Assembly: GCA_964467805.1 (NCBI GenBank)
Contig: CAYXSU010000001.1
Location: 149,261-213,260 of the forward strand
From: an uncultured Microbacteriaceae bacterium
Lineage (GTDB): Bacteria; Actinomycetota; Actinomycetes; Actinomycetales; Microbacteriaceae
Length of the DNA: 64,000 bases
Reading direction: 5' to 3'
Part shown: in pieces, positions 52,672-62,028 of the stretch
Layout of the letters: each line of letters opens with the position of its first letter
Position numbering within the stretch: the first letter of the stretch is position 1
Program-made: the position numbers and the translations under genes
Notes under the pieces: model-generated
The model's database searches: none
Told to the model about the DNA's origin: nothing
The model's input: the letters and a program-made list of their open reading frames with translations, nothing else

Positions 52672-53565
52672 GTGAGCCTTCCCCCCGATTCCTCCCCCGC
52701 ACTGGCCGACTACGCAAACCCCGAGCGTTTGGTCACCACCGCCTGGCTAGCAGAGCACCTGGGAGCGCCAGGGCTTGCGATTGTCGAGTCGAACGAAGAC
52801 GTTCTGCTGTATGAGACCGGCCACATTCCAGGGGCAATCAAGGTCGACTGGCACACCGAGCTCAACGACCCGGTCGTTCGGGACTATGTCGATGGCGTTG
52901 GTTTTTCGAATCTGATGTCGCGCAAGGGAATCTCGCGCGATGACACCATCGTCATTTATGGCGACAAAAGTAACTGGTGGGCGGCTTACGCGCTGTGGGT
53001 CTTCACCCTCTTTGGGCACAAGGACGTGCGGCTCTTGAACGGTGGGCGTGACGCATGGGTCCACGAGGGTCGAAAGCTCACCAAGGAGCTTCCCAGTCGG
53101 GAGGCAACCAACTACCCGGTTGTTGAGCGCAACGATTCAGAGATCCGCGCATTCAAGGAGGACGTGCTCCAGCACTTTGGTAACCCCCTGATCGACGTCC
53201 GAAGCCCCGAAGAGTACAGCGGTGAGCGCACACACATGCCCGCTTATCCCGAAGAAGGCGCTCTCCGTGGTGGCCACATTCCAACGGCACGGAGCGTCCC
53301 TTGGGCGAAGGCGGCAGCCGAGGACGGAACATTCAAGCCGCACGCAGCCCTCGTTGAGCTCTACCTCGAGGGGCAAGGAATCAAGGCCTCTGACGATGTC
53401 ATCACTTACTGCCGAATCGGCGAGCGTTCCAGTCACACCTGGTTCGTCTTGAAGTATCTGCTCGGGGTTGATTCTGTGCGCAACTACGACGGGTCTTGGA
53501 CTGAGTGGGGAAGCGCAGTGCGTGTCCCGATTGCGACCGGCGAAGATCCAGGCGTCGTCCCCTAA
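52672..53565 (+). CDS. sseA: thiosulfate sulfurtransferase (tandem rhodanese, SseA-like)
   Basis: [14 protein letters not shown], active site [16 protein letters not shown]. Confidence 0.93.
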   Translation: MSLPPDSSPALADYANPERLVTTAWLAEHLGAPGLAIVESNEDVLLYETGHIPGAIKVDWHTELNDPVVRDYVDGVGFSNLMSRKGISRDDTIVIYGDKSNWWAAYALWVFTLFGHKDVRLLNGGRDAWVHEGRKLTKELPSREATNYPVVERNDSEIRAFKEDVLQHFGNPLIDVRSPEEYSGERTHMPAYPEEGALRGGHIPTARSVPWAKAAAEDGTFKPHAALVELYLEGQGIKASDDVITYCRIGERSSHTWFVLKYLLGVDSVRNYDGSWTEWGSAVRVPIATGEDPGVVP

Positions 53566-53567
53566 CC

Positions 53568-54005
53568 ATGGGCGACACCGTGGCGGCGCTGCCTCCTTCC
53601 CTCCAGGCGATTCGGGATGATTTCCTCGCCCTGAGCGTTCCCGACCGCCTTCAGCTCCTGCTCGAGTTCTCCGATTCGCTCCCAGAAGTTCCCGATGGTC
53701 TCATCGAATCAGATGAATGGGAGCGAGTAGAGGAGTGCCAGTCCCCTGTGTTCATCGCAGTTGATGCAAAGCCTGACGTGGTGGTGGTCCATGCGACCGC
53801 ACCTGCCGAGGCCCCTACAACGAGAGGTTTCGCCTCGATCCTCGTGCATGGCCTTCACGGCATGACGCCAGAACAGGTGAAGGCCGTTCCGGCGGATTTC
53901 CCGCTTCTGCTGGGCCTCCAAAATGCGGTCAGCATGCTGCGTCTGCGGGGAATGTCGGGAATGCTATGGCGGATAAAGCGTCAGGTCGATGAGAGCCTGT
54001 CCTGA
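53568..54005 (+). CDS. sufE: SufE family sulfur-acceptor protein
   Basis: RLQLLLEF..LP, VEECQSPV, EAPTTRGFA, SMLRLRG. Confidence 0.9.
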   Translation: MGDTVAALPPSLQAIRDDFLALSVPDRLQLLLEFSDSLPEVPDGLIESDEWERVEECQSPVFIAVDAKPDVVVVHATAPAEAPTTRGFASILVHGLHGMTPEQVKAVPADFPLLLGLQNAVSMLRLRGMSGMLWRIKRQVDESLS

Positions 54006-54758
54006 GTGAATCTCTATCGGGTGTTGCCACCACCATCCCAGGCTTTTGACCTTGGCACGACGCAAGACCGTGACTGGATTGCAGCAGATTACGCCCCTCC
54101 CGCAACCGAGTGGGTGAGAGCCGTGATGGTCACCAACGCGCTGGGAGAAACCGAGGGCCTTGACGGCACTAGTGGCAGCCTGAGCGCTGGCGCCGACCGC
54201 ACGCTACTAGCGCTCCAGAGAGCAGCGTTCGACGTCGTTGTGATGGGCGCAACGACGGCTCGGTCAGAACGTATTCCAGTCCCAAAGCTGACGCCTCTGG
54301 CAGTGGTGAGCGCCTCCGGAGACCTCAGCGGACACCAATTGCTGAGCTCACCCGGGAGTCACCTTCTCATCCTCACTCGGCCTGAAGGGACCGGGAAGGT
54401 TAGGGACGCACTCGGCGACACACACGCCGAAATCGTGGCTGTGGAGGGAGCGGGCCCGATTCCTCCATCGGAGATTCGCAGGACCCTTGGCGAGCGACTC
54501 GGAGCCAAGACGTTCCTCCTCGAGGGTGGAAGGACACTCTGGGAGTCCTGGGCCCACATGATCGATGAGGTTGCGCTCTCCGTTGCTCCACCCCCCAACA
54601 ACCAGCATCGAGGAATCCCCTCGTGGTGGCCACTGGATAGCTCACTGTGGCAGCTCACCTCGTTGATGACAGATGACGCAAAGATGCTGTACCACCGCTA
54701 CCAAACCGGCGTTCGCGGCGCGCCCTCGGCGGTCAGCGACTCCAGCGCTTTACGCTAA
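54006..54758 (+). CDS. RibD C-terminal / dihydrofolate reductase family protein
   Basis: WVRAVMV, DGTSGSLS..AD, DVVVMGATT, LLEGG, IDEV. Confidence 0.8.
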   Translation: MNLYRVLPPPSQAFDLGTTQDRDWIAADYAPPATEWVRAVMVTNALGETEGLDGTSGSLSAGADRTLLALQRAAFDVVVMGATTARSERIPVPKLTPLAVVSASGDLSGHQLLSSPGSHLLILTRPEGTGKVRDALGDTHAEIVAVEGAGPIPPSEIRRTLGERLGAKTFLLEGGRTLWESWAHMIDEVALSVAPPPNNQHRGIPSWWPLDSSLWQLTSLMTDDAKMLYHRYQTGVRGAPSAVSDSSALR

Positions 54759-54762
54759 AAAC

Positions 54763-55356
54763 ATGATTCAGGCTGCCCCCACAGGCGAGGTGCCCAAGGA
54801 ATTCAGTGATGCGGTCGCCTCCGCTTCGCGGGCAACGCTCCGGCCCGAGCTTCGAGTGTTTGAGACTGCCGCGCCGGAGGGTTTAGCGCCATTTCAGTTG
54901 GCGTGGGCTGCGGACGTCGAGCCCTCGCAAACCACCTCCGATGAGGAGTATGGGACGGGACGTCTGGTGTTCCTGTGTGACCCAGAGCGACCAGAAGCCT
55001 GGGGTTCGGCCTATCGCATGGTGGTATTTGCGCAGGCCCCTGTTGACCCTTCGATGGGAGCAGACCAGTTCTTGCCCAACGTCGCTTGGTCGTGGCTGAT
55101 GGATGCACTAGACACCCGTGGCGCCCAGTACGACCACGCCGCCGGCACCACCACAACGGTACTTTCGACCGGATTTGGAGAGCTTGCGGGCGACCGGCAA
55201 GGTGCTCAGGTTGAGGTTCGCGCCTCCTGGAGTCCAACGTCGAGCGATCTAAAGCCGCATCTTGAAGCGTGGTCGGAGTTTGTCTGTATGTTGGCAGGGT
55301 TTCCGCCCACCCCGGATGGAGTGGCGGCCCTGCCCCCGCAACGCTCGGCCCCATGA
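54763..55356 (+). CDS. DUF3000 family protein
   Basis: GTGRLVFL.DP, VAWSWL, VEVRASWSP, LAGFPP; upstream of rnd. Confidence 0.88.
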   Translation: MIQAAPTGEVPKEFSDAVASASRATLRPELRVFETAAPEGLAPFQLAWAADVEPSQTTSDEEYGTGRLVFLCDPERPEAWGSAYRMVVFAQAPVDPSMGADQFLPNVAWSWLMDALDTRGAQYDHAAGTTTTVLSTGFGELAGDRQGAQVEVRASWSPTSSDLKPHLEAWSEFVCMLAGFPPTPDGVAALPPQRSAP

Positions 55357-56597
55357 GCGAAACAGTAGAAGAGAGTCCTCCACTTCCTCCCGCCACAGCG
55401 AGTGCTCCCATCGTCCTTGTGGAGGACAAAACGGCTTTTCGGCATGCTCTCGATGGCCTGCTCGAAGGTTCAGGACCTTTAGCTCTCGATGCCGAGCGAG
55501 CCAGCGGTTTCCGCTATTCCTCACGGGCATACCTCGTTCAGGCCCACCGCGAAGGAACGCCGAACTACCTGATCGATCCCCTTGGTGTCGGAGCGCTCGA
55601 TGACATCACCCACGAACTCTCCGAGCTCGAGTGGATTATCCACGCAGCTCACCAGGATCTTCCGTGTCTGCGTGAGGCGGGCGTGAACCCTGTGACCCTC
55701 TTTGACACCGAACTCGGAGCCAGGCTTGCTGGGCTGCCCAGGGTTGGACTCCAAGGTGTGATGGAGGACGTACTGGGTCTCAGTCTTGCCAAAGAGCACT
55801 CTGCGGCAGACTGGTCAACTCGCCCCCTGCCCGAACCATGGCTCAACTACGCCGCTCTGGATGTTGAATATCTGCCCCAGGTTCGCAACGAGATTCATCG
55901 CATCCTCTCGGAACAAGGAAAGTGGGACTTGGCTGCAGAGGAATTCCAAGCGCAACTCTCCATAGCGCCCACTCCCCCGCGCACTGAGCCTTGGCGCAGG
56001 CTCTCGGGGCTCCATCAGATTCGTGGGCCAAGAAAGCTTGCGATCGCCAGAGAGTTGTGGGAGAGCCGGGAGTCCTACGCCCTGGCGACCGACACCGCCC
56101 CCGGCAGACTCGTCCCCGACCGCGCCCTGGTAGCGGCGGTGCTCGCCGATCCGGCCACAAAGCAAGACCTGGCTAGCCTCAAATCATTTAACGGGCGTGC
56201 CTCACGTTCCGAGCTCGATCGCTGGTGGCACGCCATCGAGCGCGGGCGCACAACCGAGGACCTCCCGGAATCACGCTCCCCCTCAGAGGGCCCACCGCCA
56301 CCTCGAATATGGTCTGAAAAGAACCCTGTGGCGTGGGCGAGGTTGAGTGCCGCCAAAGAGGAACTGAACCGCTTGAGCGAAGAGACATCAATTCCGGCCG
56401 AGAATCTCCTCACACCCGACTTTCTGCGCAGGCTGTGTTGGGATCCACCGGAGGATGTTTCCCCCACCGGAATCCGCCAAGCGCTCCTCGACCGGGGTGC
56501 CAGGGTGTGGCAGGTAGACATCGTTTCGAGCTCACTAAGCCAAGTCTTTGTGGAGGCCAACCAACCGGATGCGACCTCTTCGCCCCCTGATTCGTAG
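55353..56597 (+). CDS. rnd: ribonuclease D (DEDDy exonuclease with HRDC domain)
   Basis: LDAERASG, HAAHQDL, FDTEL, DWSTRPL, YAALDVEYL. Confidence 0.94.
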   Translation: MSETVEESPPLPPATASAPIVLVEDKTAFRHALDGLLEGSGPLALDAERASGFRYSSRAYLVQAHREGTPNYLIDPLGVGALDDITHELSELEWIIHAAHQDLPCLREAGVNPVTLFDTELGARLAGLPRVGLQGVMEDVLGLSLAKEHSAADWSTRPLPEPWLNYAALDVEYLPQVRNEIHRILSEQGKWDLAAEEFQAQLSIAPTPPRTEPWRRLSGLHQIRGPRKLAIARELWESRESYALATDTAPGRLVPDRALVAAVLADPATKQDLASLKSFNGRASRSELDRWWHAIERGRTTEDLPESRSPSEGPPPPRIWSEKNPVAWARLSAAKEELNRLSEETSIPAENLLTPDFLRRLCWDPPEDVSPTGIRQALLDRGARVWQVDIVSSSLSQVFVEANQPDATSSPPDS

Positions 56598-56670
56598 CCT
56601 GGCCCCACCCCGTCCGCCCTCGAGTCCAGCACGTTCTAGCATGAAGTTGCCAAGGGCAAAGGAGCAGGCA

Positions 56671-57864
56671 ATGGCAGAGACCAAGGTTGTTTTCGTTGAT
56701 GGTGTTCGCACCCCGTTTGGTCGTGCGGGTGAGAAGGGGATCTATTGGCAGACCCGGGCTGATGATCTCATTGTCGGGGCAATGATTGGGCTTTTGGAGC
56801 GCAACCCACGAGTCCCCAAGGAGCGCATCGACGATGTCGCCATCGCCGCCACGACTCAGGAAGGCGACCAGGGCCTCACACTCGGCCGGACAGCCAGTAT
56901 CTTGGCCGGTCTTCCGCTGAGCGTTCCCGGATACGCGCTCGATCGGATGTGCGCGGGCGGGATGACCGCGGTCACCACAGTGGCCGGGAGCATTGCCTTT
57001 GGCGCCTACGACCTCGCCATTGCGGGTGGCGTGGAACACATGGGTCGACACCCTCTTGGTCGTGATGTTGACCCCAACCCCCGGTTCCTGGCTGAAAAAC
57101 TTGTCAGCCCCGATGCTCTCAACATGGGCATGACGGCCGAGCGCCTCCATGACAGATTTCCCAAGCTCACGAAAGAACGGGCCGACCGGTTCGGGCTGCA
57201 ATCTCAGGCGCGCGTTGAGGCGGCCTACCGCGAGGGACTCATCCAGCCCGACCTGATTCCTATCGCCACCAGAAGCGATTCCGGGTACGGCCTCGCCACC
57301 GAAGACGAGGGTCGACGACCAGAGACCACCTTGGAGGCACTTGCTGAGCTAAAGACCCCGTTTCGCCCCCACGGAAAAGTGACCGCCGGAAATGCTTCAC
57401 CACTGACAGATGGCGCGACCGTTTCACTCCTGGCATCTGAATCGACGGCCCGCGAACTAGGTCTCGGCATCAAGATGACGATGGTCTCCTTTGCATACGC
57501 CGGCGTGGAGCCCGAAGTGATGGGGCTGGGCCCAATCCCATCAACCGAAAAAGCGCTGGCCAAGGCGGGGCTCACCATCGATGACATTGGTCTCTTCGAG
57601 TTGAACGAGGCTTTTGCCGTGCAGGTGCTCAGCTTCCTGGACCACTTCGCGATTAGCGACGATGACCCCCGGGTCAACCCCTGGGGTGGGGCAATCGCCC
57701 TGGGGCACCCTTTAGCAGCCTCCGGTGTTCGTCTGATGATTCAGTTGGCAAAGCAGTTCGAGTTGCGTCCTGACGTTCGCTACGGCCTCACCGCGATGTG
57801 TGTTGGTCTTGGCCAAGGGGGGACGGTTATCTGGGAAAACCCCCACTACAAGGCAGGTCGATGA
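56671..57864 (+). CDS. fadA: acetyl-CoA acyltransferase (thiolase)
   Basis: DGVRTPFG, RMCAGG, NEAFA, GHPLAASG, MCVGLGQG. Confidence 0.95.
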   Translation: MAETKVVFVDGVRTPFGRAGEKGIYWQTRADDLIVGAMIGLLERNPRVPKERIDDVAIAATTQEGDQGLTLGRTASILAGLPLSVPGYALDRMCAGGMTAVTTVAGSIAFGAYDLAIAGGVEHMGRHPLGRDVDPNPRFLAEKLVSPDALNMGMTAERLHDRFPKLTKERADRFGLQSQARVEAAYREGLIQPDLIPIATRSDSGYGLATEDEGRRPETTLEALAELKTPFRPHGKVTAGNASPLTDGATVSLLASESTARELGLGIKMTMVSFAYAGVEPEVMGLGPIPSTEKALAKAGLTIDDIGLFELNEAFAVQVLSFLDHFAISDDDPRVNPWGGAIALGHPLAASGVRLMIQLAKQFELRPDVRYGLTAMCVGLGQGGTVIWENPHYKAGR

Positions 57865-60014
57865 TGGCGCGCAGTGCCGTAGCGCAGTACGAGAGCGTCG
57901 ACATGGCGGCGCTTCTCGCTTACGCGAGGGACGAAGTCGTCACGCACTCCTATGTAAGGCGGGTACCACTTCCCCGCAGCAAGGGCACGCTGGCATTGGT
58001 GACCCTCGATAACGGCAAAGACCACACCCGCCCGAACACGCTGGGCCCGCAGGGACTCGTCGAACTTCGAGAGACCCTGCGCGGCCTCCAGAAGGAAGCT
58101 TCCGAGGGCCTGATTCAGGCCGTTGCCATAACAGGAAGCCCCTTCATCCTGGCTGCTGGCGCGGACCTATCCAAGGTTGGCGACATTCCCGACCGAGACT
58201 CTGGCATGAAAATGGCCCAACTCGGCCACCAGACCCTCGGCCTTCTCGGGGAGCTTGGCGTTCCCAGCTTCTGTTTCGTGAACGGTCTGGCGCTGGGTGG
58301 AGGTCTCGAGATTGCCCTCAACTGCGACTACCGAACGGTGTCCTCCAGTGCTGCTGCATTAGCCCTCCCCGAAGTTTTCCTAGGGCTTGTTCCAGGGTGG
58401 GGTGGAGCCTGGCTCTTGCCGAACCTGGTTGGCATCCGGAGAGCACTGACGGTCATGGTGGAGAACCCCCTCAAGACCAACCGCACATTGACCCCAGCGA
58501 CCGCGCTCGAGCTTGGCGTCGTCGATGTGATGTTCCCCCCGGCGCGCTTCCTGGAAGACTCGATCAGGTTCGCCGACGAGGTGGTGTCAGGCCGTCGCAA
58601 GGTCACCCGCAAGCACCAACCAGGCCCCATTGAGAGGGCAACCCTCTGGCCCATTGCCATCAATACAGCCAGGAAAACGCTCAAGGCAAAGATGGGAACG
58701 GTGGCAAGGGCACCCTATGCTGCGCTGGACCTGATGGCTGCGGCTCGCTCCAGCACGAAAGCTCGTGGATTCGCCGCTGAAGACGAGGTACTCGCGGAGC
58801 TGATTGCGGGTGACCAATTCCGCGCCAGCGTTTACGCATTCATGCTGGTTCAAAAGCGTGGCAAAAACACCCCCGGAGCCCCCGATAAATCGCTGGCAAA
58901 GCCAGTCACGAGTGTCGGGGTGGTCGGCGCGGGGCTCATGGCACGCCAATTTGCCCTGCAATTGCTTCGACGTCTCGAAATCCCGGTAGTAATCAGCGAC
59001 ATCAGCCAGGAGCGTGTGGACGACGCTGTCGCATGGATTCACGGCGAACTTGCCACCCTGAACACTAAGGGCCGCCTCCACCGCGATGTTCTTGGAAAGC
59101 TTCAATCCCTCATCAGAGGGACCACCGAGATGAGTGATTTCGCGCAGTGCGATCTGATTATTGAGGCAGTGTTCGAAGAGCTTGGTGTCAAGCACCAGGT
59201 ATTCAAAGAGCTGGAGAAGCACGTGCGTCCAGACTGCATTCTTGCCTCGAACACGTCCTCACTCTCCATTGCCGATATTGCCTCCGTCCTCTCAGACCCC
59301 ACTCGAATGGTCGGCATCCACTTCTTCAATCCGGTGGCAGTGATGCCGCTGGTGGAAGTGGTCCGGGCCCCTAGCAGTTCTGACGAAGCAGTAGCTACGG
59401 CCGTTGCCACGGTCGCAAAGCTGCGCAAGACGGCCATTATCACCTCGGATACCACGGGGTTTGTGGTCAACCGCATCCTTGCGAAACTTCTCGGTGAAGC
59501 CATGCACGCGATTGAATTGGGAACTCCCTATGACGTCGTGGATGAAGCGGTAGCCCCACTGGGGCTCCCCATGGGGCCCTTTGCGCTCCTCGAGCTCGTC
59601 GGTCTCCAAGTCGGCGCCCATGTGCTCGATACCCACCACGCAGCCTTTCCCGAGCGTTTTTTCGCAAGCTCAGCCCTGCACTCACTCGTAAAAATCGGTG
59701 CAATCTATGAACGGAACAGCCAGCAGAAGATCACTGGGATTACCGCCGGTGCACGGGCACTAATTGGCCCTGGTCCCGGCTACACCGTTGCGGAGTTGAG
59801 AGACCGGGTGCACCACGGGTTGGCCGATGAGATCGGTCGAATGCTCGACGAGGGTGTCGTCAGTGGCCCCGAAGAAATCGACGTCGCGATGATTCTGGGC
59901 GCTGGGTGGCCCTTCCACATGGGTGGTGTAACACCATATCTCGACCGCAGCGGCGCCTCAGAAAAGGTGCGCGGGAAGTTCTTCCACAACCCACCGATCA
60001 GGGGGGTTTCCTAG
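57861..60014 (+). CDS. fadB: enoyl-CoA hydratase / 3-hydroxyacyl-CoA dehydrogenase (fatty acid oxidation complex alpha subunit)
   Basis: AAGADL, GGGLEIAL, LPEVFLGLVPGWGG, GAGLM, EAVFE, SNTSSL, GIHFFNP; ATGA overlap with fadA. Confidence 0.93.
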   Translation: MMARSAVAQYESVDMAALLAYARDEVVTHSYVRRVPLPRSKGTLALVTLDNGKDHTRPNTLGPQGLVELRETLRGLQKEASEGLIQAVAITGSPFILAAGADLSKVGDIPDRDSGMKMAQLGHQTLGLLGELGVPSFCFVNGLALGGGLEIALNCDYRTVSSSAAALALPEVFLGLVPGWGGAWLLPNLVGIRRALTVMVENPLKTNRTLTPATALELGVVDVMFPPARFLEDSIRFADEVVSGRRKVTRKHQPGPIERATLWPIAINTARKTLKAKMGTVARAPYAALDLMAAARSSTKARGFAAEDEVLAELIAGDQFRASVYAFMLVQKRGKNTPGAPDKSLAKPVTSVGVVGAGLMARQFALQLLRRLEIPVVISDISQERVDDAVAWIHGELATLNTKGRLHRDVLGKLQSLIRGTTEMSDFAQCDLIIEAVFEELGVKHQVFKELEKHVRPDCILASNTSSLSIADIASVLSDPTRMVGIHFFNPVAVMPLVEVVRAPSSSDEAVATAVATVAKLRKTAIITSDTTGFVVNRILAKLLGEAMHAIELGTPYDVVDEAVAPLGLPMGPFALLELVGLQVGAHVLDTHHAAFPERFFASSALHSLVKIGAIYERNSQQKITGITAGARALIGPGPGYTVAELRDRVHHGLADEIGRMLDEGVVSGPEEIDVAMILGAGWPFHMGGVTPYLDRSGASEKVRGKFFHNPPIRGVS

Positions 60015-61972
60015 CGCTTTTCCTCGGAGTCCGATCGGACATCCAGTGAAACACCGCCGGAAGGCTCGGGCGGCAGCGGCCGGGCGACGGGCACCTTCAT
60101 TCCAAGCACCTGCGCGACCACATTGCGAGCAATGGTCTGAGACGTAAGCCCAACCTCGCTCAGAATCTCTGAACGCTCGGCGTGGTCCAGGAACTCATCG
60201 GGGAGCCCGATCTCATCAACTGCGGTGTCAACGCCTGCTGCTCTTAGCTCCTGACGAATCCTGGTTCCGACTCCACCAACCCGAATTCCATCCTCAATAC
60301 TGATAACAATTCGGTGATCTTTGGCCATGGTGATGATGCTGGGTGCCACGGGAACCACCCAGCGGGGGTCAATGACCGTGGCACCAATACCCTGGTCGGC
60401 CAATCGCTCGCGGACCTCGAGAGCGAGATGCGCCATCGGGCCGACGGCGACAATCAGAACATCCTTGTGGGCGGCTTCAGCGAGGACATCAACTCCATCT
60501 TTCGTGCGCCGAAGTGCATCCAACTCCGGTGCTACAGAACCCTTCGGGAAACGCACAACCGTAGGCGCATCCTCCACAGCGATTGCTTCTCTAAGTTCCT
60601 CGCGCAGCCGCTTGGCATCGCGGGGAGCAGCTAAGCGGATACCAGGGACCACTTGAAGAATTGAGAGATCCCACATGCCGTGATGGCTTGGGCCGTCAGG
60701 GCCGGTTACTCCCGCACGGTCCAACACAAACGTAACGCCCGCCTTGTGGAGGGCGACGTCCATCAGCACCTGATCAAAAGCACGATTGATGAAGGTCGCG
60801 TACACCGCCACCACAGGGTGCATACCGCCATAAGCGAGCCCGGCTGCGCTCGCCACGGCATGCTGCTCGGCAATTCCCACGTCAAAGACACGCTCCGGAT
60901 ACTGAGCTGCCATTCGGTGCAGACCTGTGGGCCGCAACATGGCGGCCGTGATTCCCACGACCCTGTCGTCCTCACCAGCAATCTGGACCATCTCGTCGCC
61001 AAAGACACCGGTCCACGACACTGTGTTGGAGGATTCACGATTCACTCCAGTGAGGGGATCAATCTGGCCCACGGCGTGGAACTGATCCGCCTCGTCGTCG
61101 AGGGCCGGCTGGTAGCCGCGGCCTTTCTGGGTGATGACGTGAACAATGACGGGTGCTTTGCGCTCTTTAGCTTGACGGAGAGCGCGCTCGACGTCCTCGA
61201 TACTGTGACCATCCACTGGGCCCAAATACTTAATGTCCAGGTTCGAGTAGAGGTGGTCGTTGTTGGCAAAGCGGGAGAGAAACCCCCGCATACCCCCACG
61301 CAGGCCTCTGAACACAGCTTTACCTGGCACACCAAAGAGCCCGAAAAAGCGCTCCGCTGTCGATTTGAACACACGGTACGAGCCCTTGGCGCGGACATTA
61401 CCAAGGAACCGGGCCATGCCGCCGATGGTGGGGGCATAGGAGCGGCCGTTGTCGTTCACAACGATGATGAGGTTGCGCTCGTTGTCGTGAGAGATGTTGT
61501 TCAGCGCTTCCCACGTCATGCCACCAGTCAGCGAACCGTCACCGACGACGGCGACAACGAAACGGTCACGTTCACCGGTCATGTGGAATGCGCGAGAAAT
61601 GCCTTCAGCCCAGCTCAAAGAGCTGGATGCGTGAGAGCTCTCGACAATGTCGTGCTCTGACTCTGCACGTTGGGGATAACCGGCAAGCCCACCCTTTTGG
61701 CGCAAACCCGAGAAGTCTTGGCGACCCGTCAGAAGCTTGTGGACGTAAGACTGATGCCCGGTGTCCCAAATGAAGGGATCTCTAGGAGAGTCGAAAACTC
61801 GGTGTAGCGCGATGGTGAGCTCGACTACCCCAAGGTTTGGCCCCAGGTGTCCGCCGGACTTGGCAACCTCCGTGATGAGGAACTGTCGAATCTCATCGGC
61901 CAACTCGTCGAGCTGACTAGAACTCAGAGCGTCCAGGTCCCGAGGGCCGGAAATTGAGTTCAACAACGACAT
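60011..61972 (-). CDS. dxs: 1-deoxy-D-xylulose-5-phosphate synthase
   Basis: GGHLGPNLG, DTGHQSY, GDGSLTGG, DVGIAEQHA, DRAG..G.DGPSH. Confidence 0.97.
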   Translation of the reverse strand: MSLLNSISGPRDLDALSSSQLDELADEIRQFLITEVAKSGGHLGPNLGVVELTIALHRVFDSPRDPFIWDTGHQSYVHKLLTGRQDFSGLRQKGGLAGYPQRAESEHDIVESSHASSSLSWAEGISRAFHMTGERDRFVVAVVGDGSLTGGMTWEALNNISHDNERNLIIVVNDNGRSYAPTIGGMARFLGNVRAKGSYRVFKSTAERFFGLFGVPGKAVFRGLRGGMRGFLSRFANNDHLYSNLDIKYLGPVDGHSIEDVERALRQAKERKAPVIVHVITQKGRGYQPALDDEADQFHAVGQIDPLTGVNRESSNTVSWTGVFGDEMVQIAGEDDRVVGITAAMLRPTGLHRMAAQYPERVFDVGIAEQHAVASAAGLAYGGMHPVVAVYATFINRAFDQVLMDVALHKAGVTFVLDRAGVTGPDGPSHHGMWDLSILQVVPGIRLAAPRDAKRLREELREAIAVEDAPTVVRFPKGSVAPELDALRRTKDGVDVLAEAAHKDVLIVAVGPMAHLALEVRERLADQGIGATVIDPRWVVPVAPSIITMAKDHRIVISIEDGIRVGGVGTRIRQELRAAGVDTAVDEIGLPDEFLDHAERSEILSEVGLTSQTIARNVVAQVLGMKVPVARPLPPEPSGGVSLDVRSDSEEKR

Positions 61973-62028
61973 GCCCTAAGCCTACGACCCAGGCCTGCGC
62001 GCTGCCAGTTGGCAGGCTGTGACCTCGC

